The notes below the pieces were generated by a model. The model was not told the origin of the DNA, did no database searches, and was given only the letters and a program-made list of their open reading frames with translations. A DNA stretch of 64,000 bases, from the NCBI RefSeq assembly GCF_036971445.1, contig NC_091470.1, positions 184,822,001-184,886,000 on the forward strand. The letters are read 5' to 3'. This DNA is from Narcine bancroftii (lineage: Eukaryota). Made by a program: the position numbers and the translations under genes. Position 1 is the first letter of the stretch; every line of letters starts with the position of its first letter. Positions 47,173-61,142 of this stretch are shown here, piece after piece.

Positions 47173-50100
47173 CTAAAGTGAAAGGCCCAGCAGTGAGGTG
47201 TGGGTGGCACGTGCGGAGCAAGCTCAGAGTTCCTTGCTTTACAGAGCTCTGCATTCCTGATTCAACTCCAGTGGAGATGGCCTTAGGTTCACTTGGTCAT
47301 TGTGAAAGAGCTGTCGATGTAACACTGACCCCGACGCTCACTGCCCGCGCCCTCTGTAAAAAAATATTTACTCAGAATGAGGCTGTTCAGCCCATCGGAT
47401 TTCTGCCCACTCTCAGAGCATTTCCATCCATTCCACTCCCGCCTTTATTTACCTAAACAGAAGATCGCAGGAGCAGAAATAGTCCATTCAGCCCTTCGAG
47501 TCTGCCCCTCCATTCAATCATGAATTGATCCATTTCCCCACTCAGCCCCACTGCCCGGCCTTCTCCCCATAACCTTTGATGCCCTGGCCAATCATGAACC
47601 TGTCAATCTCTGCCTCAAATATATACCCAATGACCCAGCTTCCACAACTGCCTATGGTCACACATTCCACAGATTCACTGCCCTCTGGCTGAAGAAATTC
47701 CTCTGCATCTCTGTTCTAAGTGGACACCCTTCAATTCAGAAACTGTGCTCTCTTGTTCTGGAGTCAGGGGAAACAACCTTTCTACATCTACTTCATCCAT
47801 TCGAAATGTTTCAATGAGATTTCCCCCCCCCCCAACCAAATTCCAATAAGTACAGGCCAGGAGCCATCAAACAATCCTCGCGTGATAACCCTTGCATTCC
47901 CGGAATCCTCTGAGTCAACCTCCTCTGCTCTATGCAAACCTATCCAGTTACACTTGCACACTCGTTCCTGCCCCACCTCTAACCTGGGGTGGTTTACAGT
48001 GCAGCACACCCCGAAAGGTGGGGAGAAAAAAAAACAGTGCGGCCCTCTGGGGGCAAACGGGCCCAGTCCACAGGGAGAAAAGGGAGCACCAGAAGGACAA
48101 CATCCAAGGTCAGGGTCGAAGTGGGCTCATTGGATCTGTAAGGCCACCCTCTGCCTTTAAAATTGAAGCCTTGTTCATTGGAATCATGGAACCTGCAGGA
48201 AAGGGGCTACCATGTCCTGTACTGAATACTGGGAGAGCAAACTCTTCATGTAATAGTCGAGTTTTGGGGAACAATTTTTCGGGTCAAATTTGGAGGGGGG
48301 GTCCAACTTTTACAACCATACTACTTTTGACCACAGCATCATTCATGGCTTCGGGTGGGGGTGGACTCAGAGGGGCGGACAGTCGGGGTGAGGTTCCGTA
48401 GTCAGGGCATCGGGAGCTCGGATGGGTGGGCGTTGGGAGCTCGGATGGGTGGGCAGCCAGGGAGTCGAGAGACCGGATAGGGCAAGCAGCCAAGGTGAAG
48501 GTTCATGGTCCAGGTGTCAGGAGTTCGGGTGGACGGGCGGCCAAGGTGATGGTGCACGGGTCAGGGCGTTGGGAGCTCGGAGGGGCGGGCAGCCAAGGTA
48601 AATGTTCACAGTCCGGGCGTAGGGTGCTCGGGTTGTGGGTGGCCAAGGTGAGGAACCATGGTCGGAGCAACAGGAGCTTGGATGGACAGGGGGTCTTGGC
48701 CAAATTTTAGGTGGGGCGGGTCAACTCTTATAAGGGATTGACTATTACGCAAGTACATTGGACAACGAATCCTTTCAAAAGATTTGTTTCCTGTAAAACA
48801 AAAACTGGGGATTATGATGGACAACTTCAAGCTGAACACAAAGATCATTTCAGATTTTCTATATCACATAGGGAGTTGGAGAAACTTTTGTTGAATTTAG
48901 CAGGTTTAATCACATAATGATGTTGACACATTGCGTTAGTTCAGTCGATCTAAAAATGTTTTGCTGCTGGTTTTCATTTGTACTCAGCATCTGATGCCTC
49001 TCCTGTCAATGTCCAACAATACTCGGCCGGCGTGGATGGATTCCAGTTGCCCTGATACTGCTTTTCCGTGGTCGCAATGTCCTGGTGAAACCTTTCACCG
49101 TGATCATTCCTTTTACCACACCCAATTAGCACCTTTCGGTTTTTTTTTTGGTCTGGATTTTTTCTTTCCCCAGTTATTTAATTCGGACACCCGTGTTTTA
49201 CCTCGAAGAAGGCCTCAGGCCCGAAACACCGGTCTGATGAATGCTGCAAGGCCAGCTGAGTTTCTCCAGGATCTCTGCGATTTGCCTACAATCTGCAGGC
49301 TTCTTTGATATGTGAAATGATGGATAACCTCCCGCGCCCCACCCCCCCCCCAGCCCCGATCTTAGTAGAGGCAGTAAAGGATGGGGAATAAATGCTGGCC
49401 TTGCACGTTGAGAATCACAGTGAAACGGGGGCTCAAGGCCACCCGAACTTCCATCTGGCTTTCACTCGCTCCGGGTCATGGATTAACGCAGATGGCAAAC
49501 ACACGATCGATGAGCAGAGAGGCTCCTGCAAAGTAAATCCAGGTCCAAAGGCCGCCTGGGCCGGTAGGCTGCATATGTAACAATCTCAGGTGAAAATACT
49601 CACGCAGTTTCCAACACCATTCACTATCCATTTCTTTGGCGAGATTTTTAGATCCATTATATTGGCCAGCAGAGTTAGCGCCGTGGCCTAGGTTCGAATC
49701 CAGAGGTGTCTGTAAGGAGTTTGCTTGTTCTCCTCATGTCTGCATGGGTTTTCACCAGGGGTCTCCAGTTTCCTCCCACCCTTCAACACATACGGGGATG
49801 GGGGGGTTTAATGGAGTATTAACATAGAACACAGTACAGGCCTTTTGGCCCTTGACCTTGTGCTGACCTATCTAATTTTTTAATAATTTAAATTTAATTT
49901 AATTTAGACTTACAGCGCAGTGACAGGTAAAACCCTCCCTACCCCATAACCCTCTATTTTTCTTGCATCCACGTGCCAGTCTAAGTCTCTTAAATGCCCC
50001 AAATGTTTCAGCCTCCACCACCATCCCTGGCGAGTCATTTCAGGCCCCCGCAAAGCTCCGCATAAAGAACTTACCCCTGACGCCTCCCATTAAATTTGCC

Positions 50101-50459
50101 TCCCTTCACTTGGAACAGACATCCTCTGGTGCTTGCTACTCCCATCCTGGGGAGAAAGGCGCTGGCCGTCTGCCTTATCTATTTTTAATTTATTAATTGT
50201 AATTTAATTTAAATTTAGACGTACAGCAGGGTAGCGGGCCATTTCAGCCTATGGGTCTGTGCCGCCCAACTTACACCCAATTTACATACATCCCAAGTAC
50301 TTTTCGAACAGTGGGAGGGAACCGGAACCCCCCTCCCTGGGGAAACCCCATGCAAACACGGGAAGAACTTACAGACAGCGTGGGATTCAAACTCCGGTCC
50401 CAATTGCTGGCGCTGGAGAGATGTCGCACTCAACATTATGCCCACCATGACGCCCTATG

Positions 50460-51130
50460 TCTCTCAGAATCTTGTAAACCTCCATTAAATCTCATCTCAC
50501 CCGTCTATGCATTGAAGAGAAAAGCCCCAGCTCTGCTAACCTGGCCTCATAAGACTTATTTTCCAATCCAGGCAACATCCTGGTAAATCTCCTCTGCCCC
50601 CTCTCCGTAGCTTCCACATCTTTCCTAAATAAGGTGACGAGATCCTGAACACTAAGTGTGATCTCACCAGAGATTTATAGAGCTGCAACATTGCCTCACA
50701 ACTCAATCCCCCAATTAATAAAGCCTAACATCCCATTGGCCTTCTTAACTAACCTGAGCGGCAACCTCTGGATTTGGAACCCAAGGTCCCTCTGTCCACC
50801 ACGCTGTTAAGTATCCGTCCATTAACCTTGTCCTCACCTTTCAGGTTTGACCTTCCAAAATGCATCACCTCACGCTTATCTAGATTGTGCTCCACCTGCC
50901 ACTTTTCCTCCCAACTCTGCATCCTGTCTACATCCTCTCGGAACCCACAGCAACCTCCAGCACCATCCACAGCTCCTCCAACCTCTGTATTTTCTGCAAA
51001 CATTGCCCCACCTTTCGCCTCTTCATCCAGGTCAATTATAAAAATCACAAAGAGCAGGGGTCCCAGAACAGGTCCCTATGGAACTCTGCTAGCCATTGAC
51101 CTCCAAGCAGAATGGTTTCTGTCCACTAAA
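50460..51130 (-). mobile_element. Decayed CR1 fragment
   Basis: GSVLGPLLF.IFI.DL...MHFG motifs on the minus strand. Confidence 0.7.
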
Positions 51131-52804
51131 TCCTAGCCTTAAGAATTCTCGTGCTCTCCAATGACCAAACACTCCAGGTCCATCCTTCACTGTCTTCCAT
51201 CTCCGGCCCCAACCCCAACCCCCATCCAGTGCCTTTTTTTTCCCAGGACGGGAACAGCAAACACCAGAGGGCGTCCGCACATAGCAAAGGGAGGAAAGCT
51301 TGGGGGAGGCGCCTGGGGTAAGTTTCGTTCATGCAGAGCATTGTGGGTGCCTGGAATGACTTGCCAGGGAGGGTAGTGGAGACTGAAACATTTGGGGCAT
51401 TTAAAATACTCTTGGATGAAAGAAAAAGAGAGGGGGTTACAGGGTAGGAAGGGTCCCGGCTTTTTTATTGGTAAAAATATATAGGTCGACACAAAATCAA
51501 GGGGCCTGTACCCTGTACTGTGCTGTGGTGTTCTGTATTCGAAAACAGGGTTTGGGTATGTGGCATGGTTCGCCTACATCCTGCCCTCTGAGTTACCCCT
51601 TGACCCACATCTGGTCTGTAAAGGGAACTCTAAACATTGAACAGTTAAGGATGTGTGGACAATGTAATACAGAGGGGGCAAATTCTCAGCAGTTCACAGC
51701 TCTCTGTGGCCACCCAGACTTCAGATTTATTGTCAGTATTCAACAATGGCATCACATACAACCCTGAGACTCTTCTTCCTGTGGGCGAGGCAGAATTACT
51801 CCTAATTGCCAGTGCAAAAAAATAAACTGTACACAGCATAGACATGTAAACAAATAAATAAATGTAAACAAACTGACTGCGCAAGGAAGAGAGAAAACAA
51901 TCAATAAAGTGCACAAGTCAGAATCCTTAAATGAGTCCCTGATTGAGTTTGTCGTCGAGGAGTCTAAAGGTGGAGGGGGAGCAGCTGTTCCTGAACCTGG
52001 TGGTGCGAGTCTTGTTGCCCCGACACCTCTTTCCTGATGGCAGCAGCGAGAACAGAGCCTGTGCTAGGTGGGGTGGATCCTCGATGATCGCTGCTGCCCT
52101 ATGCGTTCCCCATAGATATTCTCAATGGTAGTGATGGTTTTAGTGACATCCTGGGCTGTGACATTATCTTTCGCAGGGTTTACACTCAAAGGGCATTGGT
52201 GTCCCCATCCCGGGCTGTGATGCAGCCGGTCAACACACATCCGTAGAAATGTCAGACCAAACCTTTACAAACTCTTGAGGAAGTAAAACGCTCAAACGCC
52301 TTTTCTTTTTAACTCTCTTATGGCCTTGCCTTTTGGAGGGTCCCCAGATGTAGGTCATCATGGAGGAGATTAACTCAGCGGGTCAGAAAGTGTTCAAGGG
52401 AGCAACGGACAGTCAACGATTCTGGCTAATACCCTCACCAGAACTTAGGAGAACGAAGGCAGAACCCAGAATAGAAAGGTGAGAGAGGGAGAGGAGTGGG
52501 AGCTCACAGGTTATGGTTGAATACTGATGGGAAGGGGGGGAGGAAGGTAGGTGGGGGAGAGGGAGAAGTGGGGAGAGATGGAAGAAGCTATATAGTGTCC
52601 TAGAATTTCACGACACAGGAAGCCGAAGCAATACCTCCTCCCTCCCCACCAATCGTCCCCTCAGGACCTAACCCTGTAACAGCAGGAGAGCTCCACTTGC
52701 GCCCACACCTCCTCCCTCACCACCATTCGGGCCTCAAACCGTCCCTCTGAGTGAAGCAACACTTCACTTGTGAATCTGCAAGGGGTCATTTACTGCATCC
52801 GGGC

Positions 52805-53055
52805 CTCTCTCTCTCTCTCTGTTCCCCCTGTCTCTTTCTCTATCTCCATCTCTCCCTCTGTCCCTCTTTCACTCTCCCTCTCTCTCTCTCTCCGCCTCTC
52901 TTTTTTCTTTCTCTCTGTCCTCCTCTCTCTGTTTCTGAATCTCTGTCTCTCTTACACTCTCCCTCTCTCTGTCTCCGTCTCTCTCTCTCTGCCTCCTCCG
53001 CCTCTCTGTTTCTCTCTCTGTCTATCCCTCTCCCTCTCCCTTTCTCTCCTTCCAA
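52805..53055. repeat. CT-rich low-complexity tract
   Basis: Read directly from the sequence. Confidence 0.9.
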
Positions 53056-53718
53056 TCCATCCAGTTTTATCTGTTTTCTCTGCATCCCCCCCACCCTCCA
53101 TCACCCATGTTCAGCACCCACCCTTATCCCCCACCCTCCATCACCCATGTTCAGCCTCCACCCTTCTTGGATCCATTCCACTTCTCCTCACTCCATTATC
53201 TGGTTCCATCTGCCCTTCCATTCTCCCTCAATGACCTCAGATTCCTGCACTGGTAGCCCGTGTCCCAGGAGCAGAAATAGGGCATTCAGCTCCTCAGGTC
53301 TGCCCCACCATTCAATCATGAGCTGATCCATTTCCCACCCAGCCCCTCTGCCCGGCCTTCTCCCCTTAACCTTTGATGCTTAGAAATTAATGCCTCCCTA
53401 CCCTGTAACTTTCTTTCATCCATGTGCCCGTTTCTTAAATGCCCCTAATGTTTCAGACTCTACCACCATCCCCAGAAATTCTATCCAGGCATCTATCATT
53501 CCCCCTGATTTCCTTCTATCCTCCAAATTATACGGGGTTTGTAGGTTAATTGAGGGCAGCACAGGTTTAAATTGGCTAGAATCCATTTCTACCCCCTGTG
53601 CTATAAATTTTTATAAAAACTTCTATATCATCTGTAAACTTTACCATGTGTCCAACCGGTAGCTGCATGTATCAAAGTAAAGCAAGGCTCCTCCCCCTAT
53701 CTGATCAAGAAACAGAAG

Positions 53719-54967
53719 TATTATGAGCCCAGAGGACTTCAAAATCCAGCAACAACAGATATTCACCAAGACAAATGGTTGCTTTTACTTATCTTTAAAG
53801 ATTAAAATAGAATCAAACTTTAACTTATCACTCTTGATTTAACTAACCTAACTTAACCCCCTTCTAATTCTAAGAGCACGTGTGTGTAATGTGTGTGTAA
53901 GTTCAGAAAAGTTCTTTGGTTCGCAGTCCAGTCTCACTTCTCATTCCTCCAAGTTCACTCATTGCAGGTAATTCTTATACTGTGCACAGAATTTAACACG
54001 TATAAAGTTCACCAGGCTTTGGTGCTTGAAAGATAAATGGTTACCGCTCAGGAAGGTTCTTGTTGATTTTCAGAGAGATTTGTTGTTTGCTGGACACCCA
54101 CAACTGATTCCTTTTAAATCAACCACTTCAGTGTCTTGCCGAAGAAACTTGCCTCCTCAGGGTTCTCCAGATGATCACCTCTTTCTTTCAGGTCACCACA
54201 GAGTTCCTTTTGGTTTCCCTTATTTCAAGTGAAACATTAGGCAGCTAGTCCTCTCCTCTTGCATGAACCACAAGGGCTTTGACCAGGCTGAACTAAGAAC
54301 TCACAACCCGTCTTCCAAATGGGGTTTTCCACAAGCTTGCCACCTTGTCCTATTCCAGTCCCAGCTGCTGCTGCTGACTGTAACACTGTAGAACTGATCT
54401 CTGTCTCTCTCTCAGAGAGAAAGCCTGTTTGACTCTCTGCTTGCAAAACCTAGAACATCAACTTCCACTCCAGACAATCTGTGGCTCTGACGAGTTCTTT
54501 CATCTGTTCCCTTTTTGTAAACAACAATACATTAGTGATGTCTCTGGGGCACTCTCCAAAGCCCTTGCAAAGGCTCTGAGGCCCCAACATGTCTAGCATG
54601 AGCAGAGCTCCATTAGTTTAAATAAGATCTGTTTTAAAGTGTTTGTATGTGACCCACATTAAAAACCCTGCCCCAATCTATCTCCCAAGAACATATTGTA
54701 GAGCGCGTCGAAAGAAACAAAGACTTGTTGATCCAAATCAAGGCTTGTATTATCTAGAAGGATGAAGCATATCACATGTAGTTTGACCAGTCCAGAATGG
54801 CCTGGTCTGGCTAGGAGTAACCCTTTGAGACCTGCCAGTAGGCGTGGCTACGCTCTCAGCTAATCACAATCATCCTACTCTACAATCTATATATATACAC
54901 ATTGGTGATAGAATCTGTACTATCACACATATCTATATACAATGCAAACACAACATAATCTGTCACA
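53719..54967 (-). mobile_element. ~1-kb solo LTR (family B)
   Basis: 4-bp TSD GAAG. Homologous to 16140-17158, 61143-62178, 62652-63110 and 5180-5440. Confidence 0.8.
54697..54927 (-). mobile_element. Short solo LTR (family A) nested in a family B LTR
   Basis: TG...CA ends with 5-bp TSD CATAT. Confidence 0.85.
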
Positions 54968-57900
54968 GAAGGCCTTGACACTCGTTCAAATCCCACCCCA
55001 GCCCACTTTGTTCAGACAACGCGATGGAAGTAAAAGCTCCATGCCGGAACATTGGTTGTGCGTGAGGCCTGGCGTTCAATGTAAAATACAAAATCTGCTC
55101 TGTGCGCCCTTGGATTGGAGCTGTTGCATCTTCGATACAATAGGTTGAGCCGACAATGTACGCAAACGCTTGTTGAGCATATAACGTGCAAGGACAAGCT
55201 GCTCTTGTTTGAGTTTTTTTTCAAATAAACTTTCCCGTCCTTCAACCATCAGCACCAGAACTCCTTTAACTTAGTAGATGCAGTTATCCATTAGTCTTGA
55301 GGGACTTTCAATAGCAATAATTCCTGGATAGTTCTTTTGTGACAGGCACTTTCAATTGGAGATTTGCAAAGTTTCTTCTTGCTTTTGATACAACTATTTC
55401 TCTTTAATGGTGTTCATTTCAAGAGGAATAGAATGTCGGAGCAGGGACGTGGACATATAGGCACTTGGTGAGACCTCACTTGGAGTCTTGTTTGCCGCAG
55501 TGGGAGAGTCCACAGCAGGAGGCACGACTTTCATGATTGAATGGGCGTCTGCCCGGAATGGAGGCGTGGAGGAATTTCTTCAGCCTGAGGGTGGGGAATC
55601 CATAGAATGTGTTGCCCCGGGCGGTTGTGGAGGAAAATACGGTCGTTGGCCGTATTTAAGCCAGAGATTCTTGATTGGCTAGGGTGTCAAAGGTTACAGG
55701 GAGAAGGCCGGGCAGTGGGGCTGAGTGGGGAGAAAGGATCAGCTCATGATTAAATGGGTCGGTGTGTTCCGCTCAACCCCTTCTTGTTTTAAATTCCTTT
55801 TGTACTGTTGAATCAGCCTATGATTGGTGCACCTGGGGCGGTGGGGGAGGGTGGTGGGGTTCAAGAGCCTGATAGCCGTTCTTGAAGCTGGAGGTGCTAG
55901 TTCTCAGGTATCTGTACCTTCTGCCTGATAAAGTTCTGCAGTGAGAAGAGGTTCTGCCACCAAAGTGATGGGGGGGGGGGGGGGGTCCTTGATGCAATGA
56001 GGCAGTGTCTCACCTACATATCTACAATGGATAGGAGGTCAGGCCATAATTCATAGTAAAACAATCACATTCCACTGAGTCTGGTTTTAGTCCTCTACCC
56101 CCCACCCCCCGAACACATTAACCATTTAAATTTATAAAGAGTCAAAAACGCTTATTCAACATTTTTTTAAAATCAAGACCCACTTGACCGAGGACAAATA
56201 ACAAATTAAAAAAGAAAAGAAAAATGCATTGACCCCAGGGTCCGTTGGAGCTCAACGCCCATCCTCTTACATTCATCTCGACTTGGCTTGTTTGGAATGG
56301 GCCCCTCCCCCCTCCCCCCAGGATAAGATGGGAGGGGGAGGCAATGAAGGACAGGGGACCGCACTGCAGGTAAGGCTGAGATTATACCTGAGATTATTTC
56401 TGAGATTGTACGCAACTTTTCTCGGGGGGTGGGGGGGTACACGGCTCTGCCTTTCCTTATTCCGATGCCCAGTTGAGAGTACGACTTCCCGGTCAGTCAC
56501 TTCCTAACCACCGCCAGACCGTTCAACCCAAATTGCTATTTTGATTAATAGAAAGTTAGCTTTTAAATTGGAATCGGTTTTTGAATCAGTTGGTAGGCTT
56601 TGGATTGTTAATTGAAATTTTTTTTTCCCAGGTGTTGGACTTTAATGAATATTTATGAGCAAGTTATGTTGGATTCTTTCCTTAATTTAAATTTATGATA
56701 AAATTATGGCAGGGGGGTGATTTTAACTGTTGCTTAGTTCCATTATTAGCTAAATCTCCAAAATCGGTAACTAGAACCAAAATGGCTAAATGGTTAATGA
56801 ACGACCTGAATTTGTTAAATATATGGAGAAGATTAAATCTTAGGAGAAAGATTTTTTCTTTTATTCATTCCATTCCATCATGATTCTTGTTCGAGAATAG
56901 ATTTATTTGTAGAATCAGCACAATTACCGAGTTTTGAAGGCTGAATATTTTTTGTCTGATCATTCTTTGTTATTAATTGCGTGGAGAGAATTGAGAACGT
57001 TTAATTCTTTTTTGTTGAAAAATCCTGAATTTTGTAAATTTATAAGGGATCAAATTCATTTTATTTTTCAAAGCAAATATAGGTTCGGTTGATAGTAAAT
57101 TTGTTTCATCGGAAGCTTTAAAAGCTTATTTACGGGGACAAATTATCAATTATACAGTTAAAATTAAGAAACTACATTCTTTGAGATCTGCCTTGGCTGT
57201 GGCGAGAAAATGTTTTTGGCAATTACTTGGGAGAACGAGACTAATTTGAGTATTCAGCGATGGCATTTGGAAATGAGATCTTCTATTCCATTGGGAAAGA
57301 TAACATATAATTTACCCGTATTTGGAATATATGGGGCTGAATTACTAATCTTCTTCCCACGCATTGATGGTATTGCCCCGAACCCTGGCAAACAACTGAA
57401 GAGTTTTACGTTACGTGATCTTCTCTTCCTTCTTTTCTTTTTTCTTTTTGGGGTGGTTTAGAGTGGAGTAGGAAGGGGTGGGTGGATTAGGGAAGGGGGT
57501 GGGGGGGTTTCAAGGGATATTATTTACAAAAGCATCATGTATGTTTTTCTTTATTTTATTTTTTTATTGTATGGCATCATGATTAATAAATAAAATGTTC
57601 CCAAAAAAATAATCACAAATAGGATCTGAAATTCGGACAGCTTCATCAAAAGCCTTATGTCCACGATGTTTCCTCAACAGGAACCACGCTGGGTCCTGTG
57701 GAAACTCCTTACCTATGATTTTTTTCCAGAGCTTGGCCTAGCTGTACCCAAAAGGGCCTGCCCTTGGCGCATGGCCAAAGGTTCCCACCTGAAACATTGA
57801 TGCGAAGTTCCTGGTTCAGTTTCTGTGGTGTGAGGTATAGCTGGTGAAGTAAGTTAGACTGCACCGTGAGTTCATTATTGTACGATCACGACACAGGCAC

Positions 57901-60531
57901 CCTTCATCTGTCGTAACGCCTAGGCCCAATTCCCATCTCAACCTTGACCTATGAAGCCCCAGTTTCGGGCTCTCCCGTTGGGAACAGGGAATACATTGCT
58001 GAAATAAACATTTTTATGTTCCCTCTCCATGCCGTGATCCAAATCATTCCTATACAACATAAAAAGTAGCAGCCCCAACACCAACCCCTGTGGGACACCA
58101 CAGACCACGGCAGCCAACCAGAATAGGACCCCTGCATTCCGACTCTCTGCTTCCTGCCAATCAGCCAATGGTCTACCCACGCTTGTGTTTCCTGTTATAC
58201 CACGGGCTCTTAATAAGTAGCTTCACATGCAGCACCTTGTCAAAGGCCTGTTGAAGGGCCCAGGCCTGAAACGTTGGTTAGACGACTTTACCTCCTGTGG
58301 ATGCTGCGCGACTGATTATATCCCCCACCTACACACTGCAGGTGACTTACAGGGAGAGATTGGCAGGTCCTTGATTAGCCAGGGCATCAAAGGTTATGGG
58401 GAGAAGGCCAGGCAGTGGGGCAGAGTGAATCTGCTCGTGATTGAATGGAGGGGAAGAGTCGATGGGCTGAATGGCCTATTTCTGCTTATTCAATCATGAG
58501 CTGATCCACTCAGCCCCATTCTCCCCAGAACTTTTGATGCCCCTGGCTGATCAAGAACCTATCAATCTCTGCCTTAAATACACCCAATGACCCAGCCTCC
58601 ACCACCGCAGATTCGCCAAAGAAATTCCTCTGCATCTCCAGTCGAAGCGGGCACCCTTCAATCCTGAAGTTGCTCCCTCTTGTCCTGGACTCTCCTACCG
58701 TGGGGAACAACCTTTCTACATGAAATCTGCCTGCTTGTGGAAACTCCGGGAAATTCCGTACACGGCAAACCACGCCAGAAAGATAACTACATTTCTTTAC
58801 TGGTCACGGTTAAAATTCAAACAAATCAAATTCTCAGCCCCAACTAAAAACAAATCTCATTAACTCTTTAGTTACCTCACTTTCTTCAGTTAGCTTCACC
58901 CGTGTGGACACATTGCCCGCTCTTCTCCCAGACTTCTGTGGGTGGAGTGAAACTCGGAAGTCTTCGGACGCTGTGATTGTAGTTAAAAACACACAGAAAT
59001 GGTGGAGGAAATTTGGCCGGTCTCACAGCATCCACAGAAGCTCAAGATGTACAGGCGAGGTTTCAGGCCTGAAATGCTGGCTACATATCTGGACATCATT
59101 GGGTCGCAGTGAGATCTGCTGATTTCCTCCAGAATTTCTGTGTTTACTACAATTAAGTCACCTGCAGATTTTTGTGATTCACTTTAATTAGTGCGGAGTT
59201 GTGAGATATTTGTTTGAAAATGGGGAGAAAGGTGTAGTGATAGGCTTGCTTTGATGAGTTGAACGGTCTGTCTGGCGCAGCTGTAGTGAAACTGCTGAAG
59301 CCTTTGAGTCCTCCAACATGCTTATGGCACTCTAAGCGAATGAAGTTCCTCAGAGGGTTTGGATTTGACATTTTAAATGTAAATTGTTTTTTTAATTTAG
59401 ACACCCAGGCCCTTCCGGCCCATGCACCACCCCAAATAAGCCAATTAGAGTGTGGGAGGAAACTGGAGACCCCGGAGGAAGCTCACCCAGGTCGCAGGGA
59501 GAACGTACAGACTTCTCGTGGGCATCGGGTGAATTCTAATCCGGGTTGCTGGCGATAGGTGCGATTACACGGAGCTAACCGTGCCTCGCCCCCCCCCCCC
59601 CCTCCAGGTAGGTAGGCTTCGACAAGGGAAGGTGACCATCGGATTGATTCAATGACCACTTGACCCCAGATCTTCTCGGTTAACCACGAATTCATCGAGC
59701 AGCCAGGGCCGCCATCTGCTGGTCGTGTCCAAACATTCACCCCAAGTCCTGATGGGGAGGCTGTGATGAGTCCTGGACCGTCTCTATCCTCAGATGATGC
59801 TGGCCAGTGAAGTTTTTTCCAAAACCCCTGTTTATCTTCAGAGCCCACCGATTTATTTGTCTTAAAAGCCTGGTCAGCCGCAGTCTGCAGTCTGGAGGCT
59901 GCAGTCATCTGCTTGCCTGCCTTGGCTGATACATTTCATTTAATCTAATTCAGACGTACAGCACGGTTCAGCCGACGAGCCTGCACTGGCCAATTAAACC
60001 CCCCCACCCGCACGTTTTTGAAGGCTGGGAGGACACCGGAGCTCCTCCCCCCCCCCCACCCAGAGGAAGCCCACGCAGGCATGGGGAGAACTCCTCACAG
60101 TGGCGGATTTCGAACCCGAGTCGCTGGCTCTGAAACAGCGTGGCGCGAACTGCCACCCCTTCTGAAGCAACAGGCGACCGGGGTCAGAATCCGGCACTGT
60201 CTGCATGGTGTTTGTGCATGTCTGCATGGGTCTCCTTCCTCTCTTCAAAACGTAGCGGGGGTGGGGGAGTTGTAGGTCAATTGGGTGGCGTGGGATCGTG
60301 GAGTGAAAGGGCCTGTCACTGTGCTGTATGTCTACATTTAAATTTACATTTTAAAAAAAAGTTAAAATGAAAATGGTAGTATGTAATGCAATATATTCCT
60401 GCACAATATTAAAGATAAAGGTTCCATTACTGTCATGTAATGTGACATTTAGAAATGTAATATACATGAAATTCTTTGTCTACCATAAGACCACAGGGAG
60501 TCATCATTTTGTCCAGCGCCCCTCACAGAAA

Positions 60532-60607
60532 TGGGGCCCCAGTGAAGAACAAACTCGCGACCCCCGGTTTACAAGATCAGTGTTCTAACCACTGAATTAT
60601 CGGAGCC
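60532..60607 (-). pseudogene. tRNA-Thr(UGU) pseudogene
   Basis: The minus strand reads GGCTCCGATAATTCAGTGGTTAGAACACTGATCTTGTAAACCGGGGGTCGCGAGTTTGTTCTTCACTGGGGCCCCA, close to vertebrate tRNA-Thr-TGT. It has a broken T-loop (TTTG for TTCG), stem mismatches and an encoded terminal CCA. Confidence 0.8.
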
Positions 60608-61142
60608 TCCCCTTGAAGTCTTGAATATCAAAATTCGTTAATGTAATTTAATAATTACAAAATCTGAGGGATTTTTGCCTGCTTTGCAGCCTCTCAGTGT
60701 GAGCAGTCAGATGACCTTGATCACGTCCTTCGGCACAGACCCCTTGCAGTGGGTACACATCTGTCAGTAGCACCCTCTCACTCGGCACGTGCCCATCGTC
60801 GAACCTAGATCCTCGCGGGGGAGGGCCCAGGTGCCACAAAAGCATCACCGAGTTGATGATTTGCGGCGGGTTTGATCTTTGTCTCAGTTGGCATGGTCTG
60901 CATGGCGTGGAACCTGGGTGTAACACTCCACGGTGCCAGCGACACAGGCATTGAATCCTGCGCTCCCTGTAGGAGTTTGCACGCTCTCCTTATGTCCATG
61001 TGGGTTTCCACCAGGTGCTCTGGTTTCCTGCCACCCTAAAGGGTGCGAGAATTGTAGGTTAATTGGTGTATTGAGGAGGCAAGGCCTTGTGGGATAGATG
61101 GGCCTGTTACCGTGCTGTGTCTCTTAAGTTAAAAATAAACAC

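Noticed and set aside
48370-48690. Degenerate ~40-bp GC-rich tandem repeats (also three ~37-bp units at about 63180-63300) as an Ig switch-like region
   Set aside because: They are short, lie upstream of V rather than before a C exon, and elasmobranchs lack canonical switch regions.
59483-59908. 141-aa minus-strand ORF
   Set aside because: No recognisable motif, and it runs into a SINE.
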